A model generated the notes under the pieces. The model made no database searches, was not told the origin of the DNA, and was given only the letters and a program-made list of their open reading frames with translations. DNA of 64,000 nt from Spirochaetia bacterium (GTDB lineage Bacteria; Spirochaetota; Spirochaetia; DSM-2461), in contig OY764216.1 of assembly GCA_963668315.1 (NCBI GenBank), forward strand, positions 4,768,001 through 4,832,000, written 5' to 3'. Every line of letters begins with the position of its first letter. Position 1 is the first letter of the stretch. Below are positions 50,857-60,205 of this stretch, one piece after another. Position numbers and translations under genes: made by a program.

Positions 50857-50987
50857 AGATAGTCTAATAGCCATTGTTCGGTTTTTTTCGCCACTTCTTT
50901 TCCCTCCCTCTCACTTCTGAGCCTGTTTATTATTTGGCACACTTTTTGCAATACAAAATATGGCACCAATTCGTAAAGGAGAGAATT

Positions 50988-51656
50988 TTGAAGAGAATAA
51001 AACGGTCCTTCCTGCTTATGCTGTCCGCCGTGCTGACGGGGACCATTATTTGTGTGTTCGCCTCGGCCGCCCTGACCTCCTGTTACTTCCCGGCCGGGGA
51101 GATTGATGATAAATCGCAGGGGAAAGCCCTATTTGTCATGGATATGCAGAAGGATTTCACAGAAGAAACAGGCCGATTACCCGTAGAGATGTCCCAGGCA
51201 GAAGGAGCTCTTACAAATATAAACGACCTTATCCAGTCCTCGGGAAAACAAAGGATGGATGTGATATATATAAGGAACGAGTTTCCCCGGAGAGCCTTCC
51301 TGGCCAACCGATTCAGAAATTTCGCCGCCGTGGCAGGGGAAGAGGGATCCGAATTTGACGACAGACTGATTCTTTCGGGCGGACCGGTTTTTACCAAGAA
51401 ACATCCCGATGCTTTTTCCAACGGAATGCTGAAAAACTACCTGAAGGCGAATGGAATAGGAGTCATCTATATTACGGGAGTTTATACCGATCAGTGTGTT
51501 CTTCGGACCGCCCTGAAGGCTGTGAAAAACGGTTACCGGGTCATCTGCCTGGAAGATGCCGTGGCGGGTAAAAACGAAAAGAGGGTGACCAGGGCCGTCC
51601 GGAAAATGGATCGGGCGGGAATTTCAATTATGACCACCGATGAAATAGTGAATTAA
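50988..51656 (+). CDS. Isochorismatase-family cysteine hydrolase with N-terminal membrane/signal segment
   Basis: DMQKDF, K...DAF, G..TDQCV (D-K-C triad); TTG start with AAGGAG SD. Confidence 0.85.
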   Translation: MKRIKRSFLLMLSAVLTGTIICVFASAALTSCYFPAGEIDDKSQGKALFVMDMQKDFTEETGRLPVEMSQAEGALTNINDLIQSSGKQRMDVIYIRNEFPRRAFLANRFRNFAAVAGEEGSEFDDRLILSGGPVFTKKHPDAFSNGMLKNYLKANGIGVIYITGVYTDQCVLRTALKAVKNGYRVICLEDAVAGKNEKRVTRAVRKMDRAGISIMTTDEIVN

Positions 51657-51662
51657 GGGAGA

Positions 51663-52472
51663 ATGACAATGAAAAGAAATATGATCGTATTACTGATGCT
51701 GGCGGCCCTTACCGCCCTGTCCGCGATGGGAGGAAAACCGGCCGGTGCGGAAACCCTTCGGGAGGGGATGATTTTCCAGCTGGACGAAGTGGAAGAGCTG
51801 AGCACGGGCAGCAGCTGGGAAGTTACCCTGGAAGAGGGGACCCGGGCGGTTCTGGAAGTTACCGAAGCGCCCGACAGAAGGGGCTGGATAGATTACGACG
51901 GAAAATTCCTCCAGCTGGGAGTAGAGTCCAAACCGGGAATCAGCCTGAGATCCCGGCGCTACAGAGCTGTCCTGACCCTTCCCCGGCTGCCGGAAGAGCT
52001 GAACGCCTCATCGAGCAGCTGGATTCTGGCAGATATGGACGGAGAGGCGGAACGTTACTCCCTGAGAGTCAGCAGTTCGGCGGAGATTGTTCTGGATTCC
52101 CTCACGGCGAAGGAACTTATCGTTCACATCTCCAGTTCGGGGGAAGTCAAAATAGACCATATCAGGGCCGAAACCGTGAATGCCGATCTTTCCAGCAGCG
52201 CCGAACTGACCATAGAGGGAGGGGAAGCGGAATATCTCGAAACCAGTCTCTCCAGCTCGGCCGACATGAAATGCCCCGGATTAAGGGTAACGGGAAGCAT
52301 CTCCCTGAACAACAGCAGTTCCAGCCGGCTAGAGATAGGCCTTTCTGATACTGCCGAAGCAAAGGGAAGCATAAGTTCAAGCAGCCGCCTGATCATTCAC
52401 GGCGATCCGCCGGCCAGCCGGCTTCAGAATATCAGCCTGAGCTCCTCGGCGGAGATTGAAATGAAACCCTGA
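51663..52472 (+). CDS. Exported GIN/DUF2807-like beta-solenoid protein
   Basis: Signal peptide; repeated SSS(A/G/S) motifs at ~19-20 aa spacing; I.G.P C-terminal motif. Confidence 0.7.
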   Translation: MTMKRNMIVLLMLAALTALSAMGGKPAGAETLREGMIFQLDEVEELSTGSSWEVTLEEGTRAVLEVTEAPDRRGWIDYDGKFLQLGVESKPGISLRSRRYRAVLTLPRLPEELNASSSSWILADMDGEAERYSLRVSSSAEIVLDSLTAKELIVHISSSGEVKIDHIRAETVNADLSSSAELTIEGGEAEYLETSLSSSADMKCPGLRVTGSISLNNSSSSRLEIGLSDTAEAKGSISSSSRLIIHGDPPASRLQNISLSSSAEIEMKP

Positions 52473-52484
52473 CCGGTTCGCCCG

Positions 52485-54725
52485 TCAGGAACACTTGCTC
52501 CAGCCGCAATCGGGACAGGTAACGCATCCGTCTCGGAATACCAGCCCCGCTTCGCAGTCGGGACACTCTTTCTGACCGGCCACCACCTCTTCCCCGTCCT
52601 GGATATACCCCTTGATGACCCGGGAAACGGTTCTCTCGAAACTGATGAAATTCCTGTCCCGGGTCAGCTGGTTGACGATGAACTGGAGGGGGGTCCCGTG
52701 GCGCAGGGCCATGGAGATGAACCGGGCCAGCGAACTGTCAGTGGAGTCGTAGGCATTGGTGAAATCCTCCAGGACGAAGGGTGCCCCGCCATCCACATGG
52801 AGATCGTAACGGCCGGAATGCACCTTGATGACATGACCGTCGGCTCTGTCCTCCACGGGGAATTTCTCTTCCGGCTCGTCGATGCAGAAAAGCTCATAGA
52901 GACTTCCCTTAAGAATTCCCGTAACGATGAGACGGCTTCTTCCGTCCGCCTTGATTCTGTGGATGTGGGCGGGAAGATCGGCGGGCCTTTCGGGAGCCAG
53001 CTCCCGGCTGATGCGGGTCTTCTTCTTCTCATCCCGGTACTCCAGAATCCCCTTCATGCTGCCTTCGGGATTGAAGGTGGTAAACCCCTTGAGCCCCCTT
53101 TTGAACGCATAGGAAAAGAGATTCTTATATTCGGAGAAATTCGTTCCCATGGGAAGGTTCAGGGTTTTGGAGATGCTGTGGTCTATGTATTTCTGGACGG
53201 CCCCCTGAAGATCGATGGACCGGTAGGGATCAATCTCGGTGGTCGTGGTGAAGAAGTCCGGCTTGTCCTCCATGGAAGCTTCGGGGAAGAGCTCCTTGTA
53301 TTTGAGCCAGGCCCGGTCATAGACGGTCTCCTTGCGGACTTCATCACCGACGCCGGTCCGGATATTTCTGTCGTACTGGAGGGCGAAGATCGGCTCGATT
53401 CCGCTGGAGCAGTTCTGCCCCACCGACAGGGAAATGGTTCCCGTGGGGGCGACGGTGTTCATCTGGATATTCCGGAGACCGGTCCGGCCGATCCGCTCCC
53501 GCAGCTCGGAAGGGAGGGTTTTGATGAATTCCGCCTGAAGAAGCTTCTCCCCGTCAAAGGCGGGAAAGCTCCCCTTCTCTTCCGCCAGGTCGGCAGAAGC
53601 GGCATAGGAAGCGTCGCGGAGCGCTTTGGCAATCTCCCCTGCGGCTATGATGGCATCGTCCGATCCGTAGGAGAGGCCCAGCATGGCCAGGGTATCTCCG
53701 AGGGCGGTAAATCCCAGACCGATACGCCTCCACCGGCGGGAAAAATCCCTGATTTTATCCAGAGGATAGGCGGTAACGTCCAGTACGTCGTCCAGAAAGC
53801 GGATTCCCACGGCTACGGTCTCCCTGAAAGCCTCGTAATCAATGGAAGCCTCTTCGGTAAAAGGACGGGTCACGAAAGCTCCCAGATTTATGGAGGAAAG
53901 ACAACATAGGGAATAGGAGGGCATGACCAGCTCGCCGCAGGGGTTGACCCGGTCCATTTTGAAAGCCCAGTAGCCGTTGTTGTACTGCTCCACCCGATCG
54001 GCGTAGAAAATACCCGGTTCGTTGTGCATGTAACTGTTATGGGCCAGCTTGTCGTAGAGTTCCCGGGCTTTGAGAGTCTTGTAGACCTTGCCGCCGTGAA
54101 CCAGATCCCAGTCCGCGTCCTCTTCCACAGCTTTCATAAAAGCATCGCTCACCTTGACGGAAATATTGAACTGGGTCAGCTGTTTATTGCGGTCTCCCTG
54201 TTTTACGGTGATAAACTCCTCCACATCGGGATGGCTGATATCCATGAGAGCGATATGGGCCGAACGCCTGTAGCCCCCGGTCATGATGGTTTTAGCCGAC
54301 TGATCGAATATGTTCAGAAAAGAGAGCGGCCCCGAAGAGACACCTCCCTTGGAAAGGATCTCATCCTTGGGGCGGAGCTTGGAGACATCGAATCCCACAC
54401 CGCCGCCCATTTTGCTGATGACCGCATCCTCTTTGAGGGAGTCGTATATCTTCTCCATGGAGTCTTCGATATCGATGGTGAAGCAGTTGTTATAATTCTT
54501 CATGGGACTCCCGGGCCGGGCGTTTGCCAGTACCCGTCCCGCCGGGATAAGCCTTCCCTCGTGGATCTCATTGTAAAACCGCTCTTCCCAGAAATCGGCA
54601 TCCCTTTCCACCGATGCCACTTCACGGGCGACACCCCGGAAAACATCCTCCGGAACGGCTTCACCGTTCAGCATATATTTTGTTCTGAATATCTCTTCGC
54701 ACAAAGGCTGTTCCCATTTTATCAT
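52485..54725 (-). CDS. nrdJ: Class II (adenosylcobalamin-dependent) ribonucleotide reductase
   Basis: PAGRVL, NCF, GGGVG, NPCGE, CCLSSINL, APTGTIS, SSGIEP, C-terminal CxxC-CxxC; no beta subunit adjacent. Confidence 0.92.
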   Translation of the reverse strand: MIKWEQPLCEEIFRTKYMLNGEAVPEDVFRGVAREVASVERDADFWEERFYNEIHEGRLIPAGRVLANARPGSPMKNYNNCFTIDIEDSMEKIYDSLKEDAVISKMGGGVGFDVSKLRPKDEILSKGGVSSGPLSFLNIFDQSAKTIMTGGYRRSAHIALMDISHPDVEEFITVKQGDRNKQLTQFNISVKVSDAFMKAVEEDADWDLVHGGKVYKTLKARELYDKLAHNSYMHNEPGIFYADRVEQYNNGYWAFKMDRVNPCGELVMPSYSLCCLSSINLGAFVTRPFTEEASIDYEAFRETVAVGIRFLDDVLDVTAYPLDKIRDFSRRWRRIGLGFTALGDTLAMLGLSYGSDDAIIAAGEIAKALRDASYAASADLAEEKGSFPAFDGEKLLQAEFIKTLPSELRERIGRTGLRNIQMNTVAPTGTISLSVGQNCSSGIEPIFALQYDRNIRTGVGDEVRKETVYDRAWLKYKELFPEASMEDKPDFFTTTTEIDPYRSIDLQGAVQKYIDHSISKTLNLPMGTNFSEYKNLFSYAFKRGLKGFTTFNPEGSMKGILEYRDEKKKTRISRELAPERPADLPAHIHRIKADGRSRLIVTGILKGSLYELFCIDEPEEKFPVEDRADGHVIKVHSGRYDLHVDGGAPFVLEDFTNAYDSTDSSLARFISMALRHGTPLQFIVNQLTRDRNFISFERTVSRVIKGYIQDGEEVVAGQKECPDCEAGLVFRDGCVTCPDCGWSKCS

Positions 54726-54769
54726 ACATCACTCCCATAGTGTCTTTATATCATTATCGCCATTTACAC

Positions 54770-54785
54770 ATACCATATGTAGCGC
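54770..54785. promoter_or_regulatory. Possible NrdR box
   Basis: ATACCATATGTAGCGC partially matches acaCwAtATaTwGtgt, ~45 nt upstream of the RNR ATG. Confidence 0.4.
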
Positions 54786-54862
54786 TTTTTTAGAATATAC
54801 ATGTTTTCAGTCCCCATGACAAGGGCGGTTGGCGGAATTATTCCGGCTCACCGCTGCATTTT

Positions 54863-54917
54863 TTTTGAAACACCGTTCCATTTTAGAATTGACAGAGCCG
54901 ATGATCCGCTATAAAAT
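54863..54917 (+). promoter_or_regulatory. KdgR-like operator plus sigma70 promoter of eda-kdgK
   Basis: TTTTGAAACACCGTTCCATTT (54863-54883), then TTGACA-17-TAAAAT. Confidence 0.6.
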
Positions 54918-54949
54918 TACTTCATATACTCAATCCTGCGAGGAATAAA

Positions 54950-55582
54950 ATGGATAAGGAAAAGTTAGTAGAAACCCTCAAAGCATGCCGGCTGGTTCCG
55001 GTCATCGTTGTCAATAAACCGGAAGAGATCCTTCCTCTTGGCGAAGCCCTCGTAAAGGGCGGTCTTCCCGTTGCCGAAGTAACCTTCAGAAGTCCCGCCG
55101 CCGCCGGTGCCATCAAGCTCCTTAAGGAGAAAATGCCCGAAGTACTCCTCGGAGCCGGAACGGTACTTACCAAAGATCAGATCGATACCGCCATTGAAGC
55201 GGGAGCCGCTTTTATCGTAAGCCCCGGATTCAATCCTGAGAATGTCAAATACGCCCATGAGAAGGGACAGATCATGGTTCCCGGAATCAGCACCCCCTCC
55301 GAGGCGGAACAGGCCATGTCCCTGGGTCTGGATGTTCTGAAATTTTTCCCCGCCGAACAGTCCGGCGGCACCGCCATGCTCAAAGCCCTGGGTTCGGTCT
55401 ACCCCAACCTGAGAATCATGCCTACCGGAGGCATCAGTCCCGAGAATGTCAAATCCTACCTGGACCTTCCCAATGTCATCGCCTGCGGCGGAAGCTGGAT
55501 GGTTAAGAAGGATCTTATCGCCGCCGGTGAATTCGATAAAATCGAATCCCTGGTCCGCGAAGCCCTGGCCGCGCTGAACTAA
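54950..55582 (+). CDS. eda: KDPG/KHG aldolase
   Basis: EVTFR, GAGTV, FIVSPG, TPSE, KFFPA, PTGG, GGSW. Confidence 0.95.
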   Translation: MDKEKLVETLKACRLVPVIVVNKPEEILPLGEALVKGGLPVAEVTFRSPAAAGAIKLLKEKMPEVLLGAGTVLTKDQIDTAIEAGAAFIVSPGFNPENVKYAHEKGQIMVPGISTPSEAEQAMSLGLDVLKFFPAEQSGGTAMLKALGSVYPNLRIMPTGGISPENVKSYLDLPNVIACGGSWMVKKDLIAAGEFDKIESLVREALAALN

Positions 55583-55613
55583 GAGCAGGCCGAGAAATAA
55601 CAGGAGAAAATAA

Positions 55614-56669
55614 ATGAGTACATACACGAATTTAAAGGATAAGAGAATCATCACCATGGGCGAGATCATGCTGCGTCTGAAAAGCCCCGCCAACGAGAGG
55701 TTTTTCCAGAGTCCCATGCTGGAGGCGACCTTCGGAGGCGGGGAAGCCAACGTGGCCGTTTCCCTGGCCAACTACGGTCATAAGGCGTCCTTCGTATCCG
55801 CCCTTCCTGACAATCTTATCGGAAACGCGGTTATCAATGAGCTGAGACGGTACGGCGTGGATACGGACAGAATCATCCGCCAGGGCGACCGGGTGGGCAT
55901 CTACTACCTGGAATCGGGCACCAACCAGAGACCCAGCCAGGTTGTCTACGACCGGGCCGGTTCCTCCATTGCCGAAGCAAAGGCAAGCGACTTTAACTGG
56001 GACGAAGTTTTCGCCGACGCCGGTTGGTTCCATATCACCGGTATCACCCCCGCCGTTTCCGAAACGGGCGCCGATCTCTCCTTCAAAGCCATGGAGGAAG
56101 CAAAGAAACGGGGCGTCATCGTCTCCATGGACCTCAACTACCGTAAAAAGCTCTGGCAATACGGCAAAACCGCTCCGGAAGTGATGAAAGAGCTGGTTAA
56201 GTACGTGGACGTCATCATCGCCAACGAAGAGGACTGCCAGAAGAGCCTGGGCGTGGAAGTGGAAGGAATCGAAGTGGAATCGGGAGAGCTGAACCTGGAC
56301 CATTACAAAAAGCTCACCGATAAAATGCTCGAAATCTATCCCACGGCCAGCTGCATCGCCGTCACCATGCGCGAGAGCCACTCGGCCGACCATAACGGAT
56401 GGAGCGCCGTCGTTAACGACAGAAAGACCTTCCATCACAGCAAGAAATACGAAATCAAGAATATCGTCGACCGCGTGGGCGGCGGAGACAGCTTTTCAGG
56501 CGGTTTTATCTGCGGCCTGCTTAGCTACGAAAATATCACCGATTCCCTGGAATACGCCGTGGCGGCCAGCTGTCTGAAGCACTCCATTCTGGGAGACTTC
56601 AACCTGGTAAGCCGCAAAGAGGTGGAGAGCCTCATGGGCGGAGACGGATCGGGACGTGTTCAGAGATAG
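55614..56669 (+). CDS. kdgK: 2-keto-3-deoxygluconate kinase (PfkB)
   Basis: [34 protein letters not shown]. Confidence 0.92.
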   Translation: MSTYTNLKDKRIITMGEIMLRLKSPANERFFQSPMLEATFGGGEANVAVSLANYGHKASFVSALPDNLIGNAVINELRRYGVDTDRIIRQGDRVGIYYLESGTNQRPSQVVYDRAGSSIAEAKASDFNWDEVFADAGWFHITGITPAVSETGADLSFKAMEEAKKRGVIVSMDLNYRKKLWQYGKTAPEVMKELVKYVDVIIANEEDCQKSLGVEVEGIEVESGELNLDHYKKLTDKMLEIYPTASCIAVTMRESHSADHNGWSAVVNDRKTFHHSKKYEIKNIVDRVGGGDSFSGGFICGLLSYENITDSLEYAVAASCLKHSILGDFNLVSRKEVESLMGGDGSGRVQR

Positions 56670-56695
56670 CAAGTAAATTGCCGTTTATATCTTCC

Positions 56696-56734
56696 GGGAA
56701 GGGCCGTATCGTTGATCCGGCCCTTCCCTTTTTT
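56696..56734 (+). terminator. Intrinsic terminator
   Basis: GGGAAGGGCCG...CGGCCCTTCCC followed by a T tract. Confidence 0.85.
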
Positions 56735-57989
56735 ATTCCGCCCGGGGAGCGGCGGTGAATTCCACTTTAACGATACGGTTGTTCTCCGCTTTTTTAATAC
56801 GGTAGAACCCCTCCTTGAGACGGAGGGAAGCGCCTGTCTCGGGAATCTCCCCCCACCGGTCGGTCAGATAGCCGCCCAGGGTCATGGTATCCCGGTCATG
56901 TTCCAGTTCCAGCCCCAGGATCTCCTTGATCTCAAAGAAATCCGTGTCGCCCTGGATATCCCAGCACCTTTTCCCCGTACGGAGTATTTTGGCGGTGGGC
57001 TTCTCCTCATTCTCATCGGCCAGGGTTCCGAAGATTTCCCCCACCACGTCCTGACGGGTGACCACGCCGGCCAGACCGCCGTATTCATCAAGCACGATGG
57101 CTATTTTCAGCTTCTCCCTTTTCAGGATGTTGAAAAGTTCGTTAACCTTCCTGTTTTCGGGAACAAATATGGGCTCCTGCATCAGGTCCTTGAGCCGGAG
57201 ATTATCCGATTCGGATTCGGAATGGAGAACGGCCTGAATCAAATCGGGAACCAGTACCACACCCACGATATTTTCCGGATCCTTTTTATATACGGGAATC
57301 CGGGTCTTGCCGCTGTTGATAATCGTCTCGAAAACCTCTTTGACAGGCTGATTGTAATCCAGGCAGAAAACATCCTTCCTGTGGGTCATGATGGCCTGCA
57401 CGGGCGTATCGTTGATGGTGAAAACCTTTTTTACCATGCGGTTTTCATACTCCTCCACGATACCCATCTCCCTTCCCATGCTCACCAGGTGCAGAAGGCT
57501 TTCCAGGGTCAGTTTTTTAGATTCTCCCCTGGAAAAAAGAGAGATAAGCAAATTACTTATCGCCGTGACGCACCAGATAAAAGGGCGGAAAAGAAAGGAG
57601 AGAAACCGGATGGCGGGCACGGTTAAAAGAGCGATCCTCTCATTGTGGACCATGGCCATCTGCTTGGGGGTCACCTCGCAGAAGATCAGCACCACCAGGG
57701 TAAGTAGTCCCGTGGTATAGCCGACGAAGCGATTGCCCCAGGTGCTGATAGTAAAGGACGTGGCCAGAGCGGAGGCTCCTATGTTGACCAGGTTGTTGCC
57801 TATCAGCAGGGTGGTGAGGAGAATATCCGATTTGTCGTGCATTTCCTTGATCCATCGTCCGCGAACGCCTTTCTTATGCTCCAGCACCCCTATCTGGTAG
57901 AGGGAGAGAGAAGTAAAGGCTGTTTCCGAAGAAGAAAAGAAACCGGAAAGGACCAGCAGGAATAGAATTGATAACATCTGAGTCAGCAT
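56733..57989 (-). CDS. CNNM/CorC (DUF21-CBS) membrane protein
   Basis: LSGFFSSSETA, LLIGNNLVN, EVTPK, CBS pair, DEYGG, TLGGY. Confidence 0.92.
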   Translation of the reverse strand: MLTQMLSILFLLVLSGFFSSSETAFTSLSLYQIGVLEHKKGVRGRWIKEMHDKSDILLTTLLIGNNLVNIGASALATSFTISTWGNRFVGYTTGLLTLVVLIFCEVTPKQMAMVHNERIALLTVPAIRFLSFLFRPFIWCVTAISNLLISLFSRGESKKLTLESLLHLVSMGREMGIVEEYENRMVKKVFTINDTPVQAIMTHRKDVFCLDYNQPVKEVFETIINSGKTRIPVYKKDPENIVGVVLVPDLIQAVLHSESESDNLRLKDLMQEPIFVPENRKVNELFNILKREKLKIAIVLDEYGGLAGVVTRQDVVGEIFGTLADENEEKPTAKILRTGKRCWDIQGDTDFFEIKEILGLELEHDRDTMTLGGYLTDRWGEIPETGASLRLKEGFYRIKKAENNRIVKVEFTAAPRAE

Positions 57990-58148
57990 GGGCGGACTCC
58001 CGAGGGCAAGTAACTGAAGGGATCCGCCTCGGCCGATCCAGGGTCGTCGTCTTTCATATGATGCTTATTATTCCCCAGGAGGCCGGTTTTTTCAAGGTTA
58101 GCCGGGAAAAAATTGACAATTTTCCCCGATAGAGGTATGGTAATTTTT

Positions 58149-59381
58149 ATGAAACGTTCCGGTACGGCAGATCTTCCCCTCCACCACGGTCGGGTTCCCG
58201 CCTGGCTCTCTTCCCGCATGGCCCTCATGGGAGGCGCCATCACGGAGGTCATTGTGGAGGAATTCGGGCCGGAAGAGTTTCTGAGCCGGATCAGCGATCC
58301 CTTCTGGTTCCAGTCCTTCGGGGCCGTGCTGGGCATAGACTGGCACTCCTCGGGCATAACCACCAGCGTGATGGGCGCCCTGAAGAGAGCCATCAATCCC
58401 AACGCCCGTGAACTGGGCCTTATGGTGTGCGGAGGCCGGGGCCGTTATTCGAGGCAGACTCCGTCGGAACTTCTGGAATACGGGATGCGGACCGGACTGG
58501 ACGGAACGGAACTGGCCCGGGCCAGCCGGCTAACCGCCAAGGTGGACAACAACTGCCTGCAGGACGGCTTTCAGATATACCAGCACAATTTCATCGTAAC
58601 CCCCAAGGGGCAATGGGCCGTGGTCCAGCAGGGAATGAACCAGGAAACGGCCTTCGCCCGGCGCTACCACTGGCACTCCCCCCGGGTTTCCTCCTTTGTA
58701 TCCGATCCCCGTACGGCCGTGGTGGGAGATCACCGGGGCGCCCTCCTGAACCTGTCCGACCGGAGGGCCGGGGACGCCCGGGATTCGATCATCTCCTTTA
58801 TGGGGGAACCCATGAACCTTCAGTGGAAGGAGATATCCTCCCTGCTGAACGGACAGAGACGCCACCTCTCCATGCCCTCCCATCATGAGGTGACCCCCTC
58901 GGATGTCAACGCCGAACGGCTGGGTGCGGTTCTGGCCCTGGCCCACGATAAAGAGTGCCGGACCTTTACGGACGCCCTGCTCCTGGAGGGAGTCGGGCCG
59001 CGAACGGTTCAGTCCCTGGCTCTGGTCAGCGAAGTGATCTACGGCAAGCCCACCCGTTTTGACGATCCCGCCCGTTTCAGTTTCGCCCACGGGGGCAAGG
59101 ACGGGCACCCCTTCCCCGTCCCCCTCCATGTGTACGACGAAGGGATAACCTTCATGAAGCGGGCGGTGAATAAATGCCGCATAGACAATACCGCCCGGAG
59201 GGAGAGCCTCAAAGCCCTTTCCCGGATCAGCTGGATGATAGAGAAAAACATGAGCCCCCATGCCGATGTGGAGGCGGTTATCGCCAAAGAGAGGGCCGAC
59301 TCGTGGAAGTACGGCGGCATGACCTGTGAAGGCCCCGCGGAAAAGCCCCGCAAAGAGGAACAGCTCTCCCTGGATTTCTGA
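58149..59381 (+). CDS. DUF763-family protein
   Basis: G.ADLPLH.GRVP.WL, DPFWFQSFG.V.G.DWHSSG.TT, FSFAHGGKDGHPFPV. Confidence 0.9.
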   Translation: MKRSGTADLPLHHGRVPAWLSSRMALMGGAITEVIVEEFGPEEFLSRISDPFWFQSFGAVLGIDWHSSGITTSVMGALKRAINPNARELGLMVCGGRGRYSRQTPSELLEYGMRTGLDGTELARASRLTAKVDNNCLQDGFQIYQHNFIVTPKGQWAVVQQGMNQETAFARRYHWHSPRVSSFVSDPRTAVVGDHRGALLNLSDRRAGDARDSIISFMGEPMNLQWKEISSLLNGQRRHLSMPSHHEVTPSDVNAERLGAVLALAHDKECRTFTDALLLEGVGPRTVQSLALVSEVIYGKPTRFDDPARFSFAHGGKDGHPFPVPLHVYDEGITFMKRAVNKCRIDNTARRESLKALSRISWMIEKNMSPHADVEAVIAKERADSWKYGGMTCEGPAEKPRKEEQLSLDF

Positions 59382-59488
59382 AAGACCGATTAACCCCGCT
59401 TGATGGGGCTTCTCTTTTATGACATACTGGGTCCTTATCCCGGAAAGACAGATATAACTCACCCGGAAAAGCCAAATGAGGTAAAAAA

Positions 59489-60205
59489 ATGATTGGACCC
59501 ATAGTAAACAGTTCCGCCATTATTCTGGGCGGCGCGGCAGGAGCCCTTTTCGGCAAACGCATTCCCAAAAGGCTTAAGGAGAGGCTTCCCCTGGTCTTCG
59601 GATGCGTATCCATAGGACTGGGTGTCTCCATGATCGTAAAAGTTCAGAACCTGCCGGCTGTGGTTCTCTCCGCGCTCATCGGAACGGTAATCGGGGAGCT
59701 TCTCAAATGGGAGGAGGGCATTCATTTTCTCGCAGGCAAAACCAAGGGAGTCGTGGAGAAGCTGTCCCACCCCCCCGCCGAGGCGGTTTCCCATGAGGAG
59801 TTCATGGAAAGCTTTGTCTCCCTTGTGATACTCTTCTGCGTCAGCGGCACGGGGATATTCGGAGCCATGACCGAAGGGATGACCGGCGACCCCACCCTGC
59901 TGCTGGTGAAATCCTTCATGGACTTTCCCACGGCCATGATCTTTGCCATAACACTGGGACTGAGCCTGGCCTTTATCGCCATCCCCCAGTTTCTCATTCA
60001 GGCCCTCCTCTTTTTCGGAGCGGCCTATCTTCTTCCCCTGACAAACGAAGCCATGCTGGCCGATTTCTCCGCCGCCGGCGGTCTGATCATGCTGGCGACG
60101 GGCTTCAAGATCTGCCGGATCGTCCCCTTCCCCACGGCGGGGATGCTGCCCTCGCTCATTCTGGTCATGCCGATCAGCGCCCTCTGGACCGGCCTGGGGT
60201 TCTAG
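59489..60205 (+). CDS. DUF554 (YqgA/YdfK-like) membrane protein
   Basis: G..VNS.AI..G, LFC, G.M.EGMTGD...L..KS.MD. Confidence 0.88.
   Translation: MIGPIVNSSAIILGGAAGALFGKRIPKRLKERLPLVFGCVSIGLGVSMIVKVQNLPAVVLSALIGTVIGELLKWEEGIHFLAGKTKGVVEKLSHPPAEAVSHEEFMESFVSLVILFCVSGTGIFGAMTEGMTGDPTLLLVKSFMDFPTAMIFAITLGLSLAFIAIPQFLIQALLFFGAAYLLPLTNEAMLADFSAAGGLIMLATGFKICRIVPFPTAGMLPSLILVMPISALWTGLGF

Noticed and set aside
54726..54949. Cobalamin riboswitch upstream of the class II RNR
   Set aside because: No B12-box or conserved core was recognisable, and the space is occupied by promoter/operator motifs.
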